DNA of 46,209 nt, the filler included, from Dirinaria sp. TL-2023a (taxonomy: Eukaryota): the NCBI GenBank assembly GCA_051941275.1. It is 2 parts of 2 records of this genome, joined end to end, with 100 filler letters (N's around TTAATTAATTAA, not from the genome) between each part and the next. Parts side by side here need not be neighbours in the genome. Positions count along the whole stretch, not along the records: positions 1 to 23,088 come from JAVEBF010000211.1; 1 more part is not named here. One strand, 5' to 3'. Of the stretch, positions 1-11,263 are shown piece after piece. How positions within the stretch are numbered: the stretch's first letter is position 1; each line of letters begins with the position of its first letter. A model generated the notes under the pieces. It had not been told where the DNA came from, ran no database searches, and saw nothing but the letters and a program-made list of their open reading frames with translations. The translations under genes and the position numbers were made by a program.

Positions 1-268
1 CAAATAAGTAGTTTACTCCCTGGATAACACTATTTCATAGAAAGTATGTAAAGGTAAGATACTTACTTAGTCAAAATTAAAGAATTAAAACCAAAAAGAA
101 GGAACCTCCGCGTTTCTTTAAGAAAAAAGCCTACCGTAGGATAGCTAGCTCTGATCACGGTTTTAACTCTGGGAAGGTATAACGGTAAAGACATTGGCAT
201 GTATCAATAGTAGAATAGTCTTCTTGATTTCTTTTGCTACTTTACTGTATATAATTAAATTACAAAAA

Positions 269-475
269 TGTCAAATTTGGGAGCTATTTACGAGATGAAT
301 CAGGGCCCGTTTATGTGTATTTGTATTTCTTTGTGTAATGCTCAATAATTGCCTACCTTAAAACTAAAGAAAAAAGAACTTTTTGTGGGCAGTAAATATC
401 GTACCCGGGGTCTGCTGACCGAGCAATCTAACCTTTCGTCAAACCATCTTGTTATGTTGTTAGTGGGTGGTGGTG
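269..475 (-). repeat. Diverged, truncated 3' LTR
   Basis: Starts tgtcaaattt and aligns by eye to 2312-~2550 up to tggtggtg. The last ~17 bp of the LTR and a polypurine tract are absent. Confidence 0.7.
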
Positions 476-487
476 TAAGGCGGTTAC

Positions 488-665
488 TGTTATGGCACGG
501 TTTATGGATGTTGAAAAGGTTGTTGATTGCTAACTACTGAATGATGGACTAAATACAAACACGGTTGCCATGGTGGCAATTGCCACCGTCCATACTGGCA
601 ACAACCACTGTCAATGGTCAAGGCAACTACTTCTGCCAATGAAACAAGATGCGCCAACCGTAACA
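488..665. mobile_element. Solo LTR of a second retroelement nested in the copia relic
   Basis: 178 bp with inverted termini TGTTATGG...CCGTAACA (one mismatch), flanked by a 5-bp TSD GTTAC (483-487) / GTTGC (666-670). Confidence 0.72.
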
Positions 666-2134
666 GTTGCTGCCACCCCTTCATCTTTTGTATTATCCTC
701 CAGGACATAGTACTTTTCGACCTTGGCGACATTAACTATCGGGACTGCATTCCTATACAGGTGGCAATGTTGAGTATTAAAGTCTAGGCCCTTCTCTGCT
801 AGGATAATCCCCGACACTATGTTGACCATGAAGCCAGGTACATAGGCAACATTTGTCAACGTCATGATGTTCTTTCCCCATGGCGTTTGAACATCGATAA
901 CGATACGTCCATATGCCTCAATTGGGATGGGTCCAGTGCCCGACATTATTGTTGCGCCGTTTGGGCAGTTCTTTTCTTTTGTGAAGCGATGCTTCATTGT
1001 GTCGTTGGCGACATGTGTACCGGCAGCATGGCCTAGAACCCATGAGGAATTGAGTATGTGTTTGGACGATGACTTTGCACTTTCGTAGGATGTGGAGACA
1101 CCAGTATCCTCGTCGGTGTTAGGGGTAGAAGCAGAGGTAGAGGTTCTGGCTTTCTCCGCGGCCTTCTTTGCTTTTATCTCTTTGGACCTTGCTATGTTCT
1201 TTTCGACCTGCCTTCGCTTTTTGTCATCTTTCATGGCATCATCGACCTTCTTTTGGGTTTTCTCTTCAGGCTTCCAATTGGCAGGTCGTTTCTCTTCATT
1301 TAGGTAGTTGCAATCGGAGTACCAATGCTTGCCTCCGCAAATGCAAGCAGGTTTTTGATTCCCACCTCTAAAAGACTGTCTATGCGAAGCGGTTGCAAAG
1401 GCGGAGCTGGATGTTGATGAAGTTATTTTTCTGGCCTCCATTAGGCATATGTGATATCGGTATTCTTCAATAATTTAAAGCATCTTTACATCATAGTCTA
1501 AGACTTCTTCTAGGTCAATGTAATGTATGTCTGAAAAATCAGGTGCCGTTGTGTGAACTGCTAGGAGGAAGTCTCTGTAGGCTCTTTTTCCTTTAATAAG
1601 TTCTCCGATCTCATACTCCTTGCCTAGGGTGTACATTCTTAAGTACTCATCAAGCCAGAACTCTGCGTTTTGGAGGCTAGACGGGCCTTTTATAAGGCGT
1701 CTGTATTGTTGCTCCAGATCCAGGCATCGTGCTAAATCTGACGGTGCAAGGCGCGCTTTCAATGCGCGAAGCAGGTCCCAGGGGTGCACCTCAACCTTCT
1801 CAATGTAGGTTAGATTTGAGACACTTGTGGTATCGTAAATGTGGTCTATCATCTCTGCCATGGCGTCTTGCTCTTTCTCCCAGATTTTGAAGTCCTCTTT
1901 GAACTTTGTCATGGCATGGCCATAGAGTATGTTCTTTTCATTGAAGTCGGCGCCTTGCATGGCATCAAAATCCAGCTCAGTAGGTTCTATGCGTCCTACT
2001 GGCTTTTCTTCAATGGCGGGGTTGATGAGGTTCCATATTTTGTAACCTATTGCCTTTGCCCTGACAACGGCAAGCCATATGTCCCAGTCTTTTTGCTGGC
2101 TCAATTTGAGCTCCCTTTTGTTGGTGTCGGACAT
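666..2134 (-). pseudogene. Copia gag-protease pseudogene
   Basis: ORFs 1475-2251 and 611-1441 share one frame broken by a single TAA (1475-1477). Motifs: gag N-terminus WDIWLAVVRAKA..IWNLINP; zinc knuckle CICGGKHWYSDC; protease WVLGHAAGTH with catalytic D replaced by G; LTNVAYVPGFMVNIVS. Confidence 0.85.
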
Positions 2135-2299
2135 CGTCGATGAGATATGATGCAAGACGTGTGTAGAAGGAGGGAAGTGTGGTGTATTTGTAGGCAAGGA
2201 GGTACAAAAATGCGCAGTACCCCTATTTGTAAAGCAGTAGTACGTGTTCACTCTGGTGAACTAAGTGTGTATGATTGTAGGCAGTAATTGAACGTCATC

Positions 2300-2311
2300 C
2301 GGGCTCATAAC
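2300..2311 (-). promoter_or_regulatory. Primer-binding site complementary to the anticodon arm of initiator tRNA-Met (half-tRNA priming type)
   Basis: The minus strand reads ...TGACA|GTTATGAGCCCG. The plus-strand gggctcataac matches the tRNAiMet anticodon stem-loop GGGCUCAUAAC, as for Drosophila copia and yeast Ty5. Confidence 0.8.
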
Positions 2312-2567
2312 TGTCAGATTTTGATGTTTTGGGAGGTGTTTATGAGGTGAATTGGACCTATGTACATACTTGTATTGGTGATCAATTGCCCAACAACTAA
2401 AGAAAGAACATTTGTGGGTACTAAATACCGGAGTTAATACCCGGAGTTAGCCGGCTAATCTACCCGGGGACTGCCGATCCGGGGACTGCCGTCTCATTTA
2501 CAGTCGAACCGCTTTCGTCAAACTATCTTGGCATTTTCCTAGTGGTGGTGAATTTCTCAGTCTTACA
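2312..2567 (-). repeat. 5' LTR of the copia element
   Basis: TG...CA ends (tgtcag...tcttaca), PBS immediately adjacent on the minus strand, and internal short duplications (ccggagtta x2, ccggggactgccg x2). Confidence 0.8.
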
Positions 2568-2642
2568 CTTTTTCAACATGAGAAGTGGTTGAGTTGGTGG
2601 CGAGCTCATGGGTCGGATCTGTGTTGGCTGGGGCTCGTTCAG

Positions 2643-3771
2643 CTATGCCATCTCTCGTCGCATAGATGTGCTTTCCAATTCTCGCTGCAATGGCGCGCCG
2701 TCCATTTCCCGCCGTAAAAGCATTCTGTGGGCAGGAACTCCGTCGACAGGCGCCGTGCTATCCTCCGCTTGCCTCGTCATGGGGAGATTCCTCGCCGTCT
2801 CGGGCGCTGCTTTGGTCTCTGCTCTTTGGCTCGCCCATCTCCTGGCCATTAGAAATGCAGTGGCGGCAACGAGGAAGATTGGCAGTCCAATGCCGAGCGA
2901 GACTCCTAGTGCACTGTGATGGGGTTTGATTTTTGTCAGAGTTGACCATTCCAGTAGACCAAGAAGACGTCTCAAGAGAATAGAGGGAATGGCGCGAAGG
3001 ATAGAGGCAATGAAAGAGATTTACGTTGTGCCGACTCCGTATCTGACGGTCTAGACAGAAAGACGTACATTCTGGCATTCTCGCTAAGCGCTCCGCCGCC
3101 TGTACTGTTCGACGCCGCGATAGATGGCTGGGAGATTACCTTGGTCGAGGTGATCACTACTGGCTGGGCAGCTGGTGTGACTCTGGATGAGGAAGCGGAC
3201 GTTGGTTGGGATGAGGCCGTCGCTTTCTCCTGAATACTGCTCACCACGCTAGCAGCAATAGAGGCCTGGAATAGTCCTGCTTGTTGTCCCTTGTTGTCGT
3301 CACAGCATGTCATGTTAAGATTGTCGGGGGTTCGCGGGCAGAGTGACGCATCCGAGGAGTTCGTTAGCTGGATGGGCTTAGAGTCGATCCCTAGAATGGT
3401 AAGGCAACTCTCAGTATGCGTGTTCAAGCAACGCAAATTCCCTGCTTAGGAACGAAGGTTACTCAACAGGGAGCAATAGCCACACATGGCGGATCCTGCC
3501 ATGTGATGTCGGAGCACGAACGGCGCCATATTCTATGACCGAAATCATATGGTCCGGTGGAAACCCTCGCATGATTATGAGGGGTGCAAAGACCGTCCGA
3601 CCGACATCCTTCACCTCTGTAGCAACACATGGTCGCACCAACAAGATTAAGATCATTGCAAGGTCCCGAGGATGTGTCTGTTGAGCCATCAATGAAGTAG
3701 CAAGGACCGGTGACATTGGAAGACTCTGCAGCCACAGTTCGCAAGAAAAAAGTTACAGCAATCAGCAGCAT
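2643..3771 (-). CDS. Single-pass cell-surface protein: signal peptide, Cys-rich domain, S/T-rich stalk, TM, cytoplasmic tail (Mid2/Wsc-like architecture)
   Basis: Three exons joined in frame by GT-AG introns 3391-3467 and 2914-3068. Signal MLLIAVTFFLRTVAA; Cys pattern CYF..C..CC..C..LC..WRRSCSD.TWQDPPC; TM IALGVSLGIGLPIFLVAATAFLM followed by ARR. Confidence 0.75.
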
Positions 3772-6109
3772 AATTGACGCGAGGAATTGAGAACGAGCAG
3801 CGAGAGAGATGCATCGCTTCCAGAAAAGAGTAATGAGGAAAGGAACAGAATGGCAACTCATTAGCAGTGCCGGGCTTCCGCATGCGTATCACATCAAGCA
3901 AAGAAGTGATTGGATGGACAGCACCACCCAAACCACCCCTTAGCATGCCTCGCCATTCAGGTTTTAGAGTCAACCTAATTTTTGGCCCAGTATAGACCCT
4001 ATCAAGGCGTCTGGCTGATGCCTTTCATTCTCGGAATGACTATACACCTGCACGAATATAGGTGTAAGGCGTGGTAGTAGCGCGCTAGGCATCCTCCACT
4101 GCCCCTTTCGTAAATGAAAGGCCCACCGCCGCCAACAGCGCCGAGAGAATCATGAGCACTGCCCCGATGGGAAAGAAGGCAAGGAGGATGGGGAGGCTGC
4201 GGTGCTGATTTGTATGCATGGTTGCCTGAAACAGGCCAATTTATATCTTCTTGGCCCCGGTGACGTTTCATTACTCCGCACGTCATGCAGATTGTACAAG
4301 CCATTTGTGTTTCCAGCAATTTTCAAAATGCTGCTGCGGTTATGAACAAGGCTTGTGACTCCATTCTAAGTTCGCTCGTCACCGAAGAGCGGCGTATATT
4401 TGGAGGTGGAGTAACTTAGTGGGCTAAGGATTGCTCAAGCTGAATCGGCCAGTCACTAGTGTAGGAATAAGGGGCTATCTTGCACACCTTCCTGAATGTC
4501 TGTTGTTGTTCGAGTCGAGGAACGGGGTTTTCAGCAATATCTGATTCCGCAGAGGTGTCAGCCTTCCGATGTTAGAAGTCTCACGCTCTGCTGTCTCGCA
4601 CTATTCATCTCTTTCGGTCTGTCGCCTAATTCTGCAATGTTAGCTCTAGCTGCTTGATGCAGACAACAGAGAGAATGGAAAGGGAAGGATTATGGGAGTT
4701 AGAAACGTAGCGCTGAACGATGTATCCCATGCCTCGGCAAAATTGATGTTCCCTTCTTGGCTAGCTTACAATTGATAAATTCTTTGTTGTTTAGCAATCG
4801 GTGATTTTCCTTTGCGTCTAATCGGTATTGTGAAGACGGTCTATTCAGCAGTTTACCTTTTTAGCAATGTGCCTTTTCTTGATTGATAAGCCTATTCGTA
4901 AAGTCGTAGTGATATAGGTCGCCCAAGAAAGGCTGCTACCACGACAGAATATAAGACGCACGAAAAACTCCGTTTTCTTTCCTTTCCTTACACTTGCACT
5001 TGAAGGAAGGCTAATTTCTTCCTTGTACCCTTTTTTTGGTGCGGCACGGGGTGGTGGTGGCTCGATCCTCGACTTTCCTAGTCTGCATGTCCATGTTAAC
5101 TATTGCGAAAATAAAGCCTTCTGCCACCTTTGTCAATTTAATATGATATTCAAGAATGAACCTACCATTCACGAACCATCTCCATAGAATCGCGAGGCTC
5201 TGACATCGCTTCTCGAAACCACTAAAGGTCTTGTATTAAACAAGCCTAGACTCAAATGATGGCTAGAGATTGCGGTCATGAAGCTGAGATCAGACCATGG
5301 TGCGTTCACCGAGGAAATCCGCACGACCTCTGTTTAGCATGTTAGATCTGGATTTCATCGTTGGTCTGATCTGTGGGCGGATATAGTTGGGACTTGATGA
5401 ATCGATTGAAGCCGCAATTTAAATTCTCGAATGGTGTATCAGATTCATAAGTCCAGGTTTCTTCTTCTTCTTCTCCTTCTTGCCTTTTCCCTGTTGGGAA
5501 CACTTGACAATCTAGGGGTGAAATCAGCATGGAGGTGCAGTGGAGAAGGAATTACTCAAAACAAAGTGAGCCCGATGGCTCAATAATGACAAGACGCTGG
5601 AAATTTATGTAAGCGAGATTTTTGAATATTGAATTAGGAATGGCAGCTGCTGCGTGTGGTGGAAGCTTTTATCATGAACACAACCTGGTCACAGTCATCG
5701 ACGAACATCCCCGGCGTGACAGCTCACCCAGTATTCCATGGCTTGTGTTCAACTCTTGGTCTCCGTAGCGTGCATTTGGACCCCGAATCTGAAGCCCTAA
5801 TGTCCAGTGAGACTGTTGGATAGCAAATACCTTACTCAACTCGTTCGAAGAGCAAGTGGCGGGAGCTACTATCAGATAGCAGGATTCTTCATTATATCAG
5901 GAGATGTATAGGGTATAGCTAGTCCCTAATTTTAAGTCTGAGTTGCATATTGGAGTATTGTGTGAGCTCGCGCTCCTGCCTGCCATCGAGTTCACACGCA
6001 GATAGCTGGCACTTATGCTACAGATTGGTCCATCTGCATATGTCTGTGTTGTGTTCAAGCGGGTGCTCAAGATGAACGTCTTAAGGGCCTGCTTTGGTAA
6101 AGGGTCAAT

Positions 6110-7804
6110 TCATGATTTCGCGGCCCCAGCTTTGACAAGGAGTATATCTCCGTCCACCTTTCAAGCGTATCAGCTTTCCGCCTATGCGGTGAGGGACTCA
6201 GCGCAAGACGTACCATCTCGTAATCCTTCCCCTTGGTCATAACTTTACCCGCAGCTCTAACATCATTTTCTGTGCCGTACTCTTTGAGCACCTCATAATT
6301 GTACACGATCGCCTGTATGAAGGTTTTCTCGAAATCTGGGTTTCTATCATCAGCAATGAAAACTTCAGGCTCTCGGACGACGACACAGAACAGGAATAAA
6401 GCAAGGGCAGAGAAGGGAACGAGGGTTCCGATACCTCCATGGATAACCCCAGCGGCCTGAGGCGCCTTCGTCCCTTTTCTTATGGTCCACTGCCTGACCT
6501 CATCGGTGCCTGTGGTGAAAAAGCTTGCCAAATTCAGACTCTGCCTCATCGTTGTGATGATCTTAGGCAGCGCTGATTTTGTGCCCAATTTCTTACACTC
6601 CTCTTCAGCCTCGGCGTCATTTTCGAAGCGGGATAGCCGTTCCTCCAAGCAGACGGATAAGGGAATGATGGGGTCACCGGCAGCGTGTTCTTTAACCCAC
6701 TCAGCGATCTTGGGAAGGTGTTTATTTTTCTGCCGGATATAGTCTTTTTCGGAGAGATTGACCAGGTAAACCACTGGTTTGGCGGTGAGAAGGAAGAGAG
6801 GGTTTATTACTTCGACCTGAAGATTCGAAATGCATCAGCGGTATTTCAAAAAGCTTTATGTGCGATAGAGGTGTGAGAGCGCAGACATGGAGGTGTTTGG
6901 TCAGAGGACAGATGTTATCTCACGACGGTCTCTGCTTTGTTTTGCTGAGCCGTTCGACGAGCTGGGATTAGATTCGAGCTTTATAGCTCTTGTTCATCAT
7001 TCGTGAAATGCGATATTGCGAAGCCGTTTATAGCAAGTCTTTGAGGGATACGTACTTCTTTTGGACCCCAGTTCTCCTTCCGTACATCCTTGCCATCATT
7101 CAACCAGGCCAGTATCTTCTCCACAGTTGCTTCTTCCTCCTTCAACTTCTTCATCTCCAGACTTTGACCTCCTCGTCTTGTTTGCTTCTTCAGGTTCTCC
7201 AGAGCCTTCTCCACGAATTCGATATCCTTGATTCTAAGCTCCTCGCTAATGATGTTCAGATCTCGAACTGGATCTACGTCTCCCTCCACGTGTATGATCT
7301 CTGCGTCGTCAAAGCATCGAACAACTTGGAAGATAGCATCAACAGCGCGGATGTGTGATAAGAAAGCATTCCCCAATCCGGCACCCGTTGAGGCGCCTTT
7401 TGTTAGACCCGCAATGTCGTACACTGTGAGATTCGCGGGGACTTTTGACTTCGGCTTATAGTGCTCGCAAAGCCAGTCGTAGCGCGCATCAGGCACTATC
7501 ACGCGGGCTTCTTCGGGCTCGATGGTTGCATAGGGGAAGTTCTGTGCAAGTATGAGCATCCCGTGTCGTGAGAGAAGCAGAATTCGATCTGACAGCAGGG
7601 TTACCGAGAGAGCATTTTGTGATGGCTTGGAAGAGCGTGGATTTCCCAACGTTGGCAAGGCCGACCTAGAGGGAAGCTTTAGCTTTGGTCTGGCTTCCTA
7701 GACGGGGGGATCTGAGGAGTCCTACATACGATGCCACTTTTTAAGTTATTGCCCGGCCTTCCCAGCAGTATCTTCTTTTCCTCAACTTGCTTCTTAGGAG
7801 GCAT
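6110..7804 (-). CDS. OLA1: Obg-like ATPase 1 (YchF/OLA1)
   Basis: MPPKK..GRPGNNLKSGIV, P-loop GLANVGKST, NFPYATIEP, DIAGL, GLGNAFLSHIRAVD, TGS region FFTTGTDEVRQWTIRKGTKAPQAAGVIH. Five GT-AG introns restore a full frame ending VDGDILLVKAGAAKS*. Confidence 0.95.
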
Positions 7805-8583
7805 TTTGCCCCTTCTACTGGCGAAATGGCGAATTGCAAGTGCAGACGGGTAGTTGAAAAGGTAGACCTGAGTGAAGCACAGCCGAGATCCGATCGCAGT
7901 GCTTGCCACAGACCGTTGAAAGTGAAGGGTTTTAGAAATGAAGATGGAAGCGTTGAGTTGGGTAGCCAAATTGTCAGAGGGCCTAAGGCGGGGTGAGAGG
8001 GGTCTTTTCCTCCTCCAACTGCGATTTGAACAGTAGCCGTTCTTGATCAAGCTGGTTAGGGCTTCTTGCGAGTGCTATCGACGGAGTCTGAATAGAACTA
8101 CGTTGCGTCGACATTGACCCAAACCAACCGACTTTCCCATAGGGTAGGAGTCGAGGAGATTATTATTATTTCACTCGACTGCCGTCGCTTGTTTTCGTTT
8201 CCGGCCCGCATTGCCGGTGAAGACGGGCCGAGACTGGCTTGCAACCCCCCCTGAGCCCCTTTAACAACCCAAGGCACTGCAGGTAATCTTTACAACGAAG
8301 TAAAAGAACGGGTATCGGAGAGCGGCATGGCAGCGATTACTTTGCATGAGGAAGGCTATAAGATAACATACAGCCGTTAGTTGGTTTACGTCTATGATAC
8401 TCTGTCTATACTATGCCTCGAATTATATGAATGGTCCTCGAAATTGCTACTCTACCAACCGAAAAGCGACCCAGAAGCACTCATTCCTAGCCAGACCTCA
8501 TACTGAAAAGTCTCTCAGCACATCGGCAGTGACCATCACGGCGCTGCTCTGGCTGGCTCGGGTGACTTCTAGCAAGGTCGTCG

Positions 8584-10330
8584 TCATTCCAACCCCGTCA
8601 ACTCATAACCGTGGTACCCATCACCACCGAACAGTCGCTCTCCTTCCTGCGACCAGCCAGGCTTCTTGTTCAACCATGGGCCACCGAGAAATTGTCGAAT
8701 GCACGTATCATCCGGCTTCTTCTGTGGCGATTCCAGTGGCACAAGCTTGTAGAAGTTTTCGTCGATCGTGGTCGGTTCACAAGAGCAGCGATGCGACGAT
8801 TGAGACGGACAATGTCTGTCAATGTTTCAGCAAAAAGTGACGAGAGATGGTAGAATTCCAGTTATCACCTGTTGATGTCGTGCTGATACCCAATATCTCT
8901 GAAGTACCAGATTTCGCTCTTCGGCACGAACATAGACACGCTCAAGGTGTGGATCGGCGCATCCCCGAACCTCTCATAGTAAAAGCCACCGCCTTTGTCG
9001 AGCCAGTCAAAGTATCTCTCATTGGCCTCTCCTCGAAACCAGTTCAGGTCACCGACCTCGAAATTTGAGAAGAACTGGCAGTTGTTGTAGTCGCCGCTGT
9101 TATGCGGGTCTAGTAACCAGTCCAGATCTGCCTCTGGGTGAATGAGCTCCGGATGCGCGTTGATGAAAGATCGCGTACGAGACCAGAGTGAAGGAAAGGA
9201 GCGTGCGTCGTCCAGGATGTTCATATTGAAACCGTACTTCATGTTGTTGTCCCGCATAAAGCGGAAGACATCGTAATCGATATCACAGTAGAAGTGAACC
9301 TTCAAAAGAATCGGTCAGCAGCTGCCGTTTCAAGGTCATGCAGAAATCCCACGTCAGGCTCGACACGCCAATACCAATCATAGTCTTTGAGCCTTGGGTG
9401 TTTGTAGAAGAAGCCGCTGTTCCACCGACACATGTGGCGATAGCTTATCATCCATCCTTTGCCCACTCCAATCGCTCCCAGGTACTCCAGACTGTTCATG
9501 AATCGGCCTTCGTCAATCCAGGTCGGCAGTGACCAATGTGGCTTAGGGATCGTCTCATAATAGCATTGAGCTGCAGTGAGGTTCTGAGTAGCTGCCTGCA
9601 GAGCACTTCCGTCAGCTAGGCCGGGTCAATAGATGGATGGCCTGATACTCGCCTTGAACTCGTCTGTGAAAGGCTCATCGTTGAAGAAGATCCATGGGTA
9701 ATGATATTTCCTATTCCACTGGTATTCGAGCTGGCGCATGCTCTGCAAAAGCCCTGAAAGCTCCGAGTTACGGACGAGGCTGATCAGCGCGGCTCGAGGC
9801 TTCGTGGATACCTGGCCGTAGATTGGGACCGAGTTGAGTATGTTGGTTGTAGCCGACACCGCGTATCGGTTATTGGAGTTATGTTTCAGCCACTGCACTG
9901 GATCTGGCCGATGCTTCTTTTTTTCATGCATAGTTGGTTGATACACTTGGTAAGGGTTGGACGGTTCTTGGGGGACTGTAAGATGCACCACATTGCGGTT
10001 CCACGATGCTGGGGGAGGTACTATCCAAACGATGAAGGCTAGGAGTAAGCACAGTAGGAAGGCTAGCTGACGTTTGGACACGGCATTGCGAACGGTCGAA
10101 GGCAGATACTTGGTAGGTGACCAGCGGGACTTTGCCGGAGACATCCAAAAGGAGGAGGCCGACGCGATGGAGGTTGCTGAAGAAGAGGCGGAGGAGCTCT
10201 CTGATGGTAACGAGAATCTTGAGATGGAGCTGCGAGAGGGAGTGGCCAGCAACTTGGGAGACTTTTCGTAGAAGGGATCCTTTGGCGGAGTGTCTAACCA
10301 TTTCCATATCGTTTGCTCCAGGAAGCCCAT
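8584..10330 (-). CDS. Alpha-1,2-mannosyltransferase, KRE2/KTR family (GT15)
   Basis: Type II TM anchor; motifs AALISLVRNSEL, YPWIFFNDEPF, SYRHMCRWNSGFFYKHP, WYWRVEPD, CQFFSNFEV, GGFYYERFGDAPIH. Three introns, the first GC-AG. Confidence 0.93.
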
Positions 10331-11263
10331 GCCGGAGAGTTGTGATTTAGTCGGTTTTCCAAGACTCTCCTACACTAGGCAGGATTACGACGTCGAATGA
10401 GAAGTGCTGTAACGACAGGATGGCGAGATGCGAGGCAACCGATCTCGTCCCCAAAACCGAGTCTCGAACCCAAACCGCTCTTCAGTTACATGTATTCGTA
10501 CTCGTACCTAACATCGATTGGGGTTAGAATGGAGCCTCAGCATATGACAGAGCATTCAGTCAGCATTACCTGATTGGTCCGTAATCAGGCCGGCAGTGAT
10601 ACTACCTGACCTTACCTTACTTGACTTTGGCACCAGGTAAAGTAAGGTGCGGTGCATCAGGTAAGGTATAGTATGGAGGTGGTAATACGACACAGGCAAG
10701 AGGAATGGAGCATCGGCCCAAAGATGTCCCGACTGAACCGGCCAGGAAGCCGCTGGTGGGTCGACTCCACTCTCCGGCGTGTCGAGGGCACGGGGAGTGT
10801 TGAAGAATGGAAGGGAAGGAAGACCCTGATTAGACCAGTACTAGAAGAAGGTAAGGTAATGTACGTTGTGGTAGCCTGAGTAACGGCTTTCCAGCATGCC
10901 GAGGCCGAGACTTCATGTGGTCTAAAGTGCCTGATGTTCATTGTGCCACGTGCATTATGAAGTAATGTGAAGTATGGGACAAGGAGCTCGTTCCAGTATG
11001 ATAACGTACGGAAGGAGCAGCGGAGAAAGAAAGAAAAGGTAATGTATACCTAAAGTAGGTACATTAAGGTAGGGTTTCTTCACAAATGGCAGAACCTAAG
11101 GTATCGATTGGACGAAACGACCTAACTGATCGGCACTTCCCCCATAGAAGGTACTACAAGTAGTGGTACCACACGAACCACAGAACGCGCATTTGGTATC
11201 CTGGACAAACCTTCCCCTCGCCACCTCTCATCCCAAACGCCGCGCTGAATCGATGATCGGAAC

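Larger units (their letters stand above)
269..2567 (-). mobile_element. Degenerate, internally deleted Ty1/copia LTR retrotransposon (gag-protease only)
   Basis: Related direct repeats at 269-~475 and 2312-2567 share blocks such as aactaaaga..agaac.tttgtggg, tacccgggg.ctgc and ctttcgtcaaac.atcttg. PBS lies next to the 2312 LTR end. Gag, a CCHC knuckle and a copia-type protease lie between; no integrase, RT or RNaseH. Flanks (aaaaa / ctttt) show no matching TSD. Confidence 0.88.

Noticed and set aside
2300..2311. tRNA-Met gene
   Set aside because: Only the anticodon-arm match is present, with no cloverleaf; explained as the PBS.
2580..2645. Premature stop in the surface-protein gene with the frame continuing into the LTR
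   Set aside because: The tail ends naturally after its repeated motifs; the downstream open stretch is short enough to be chance.
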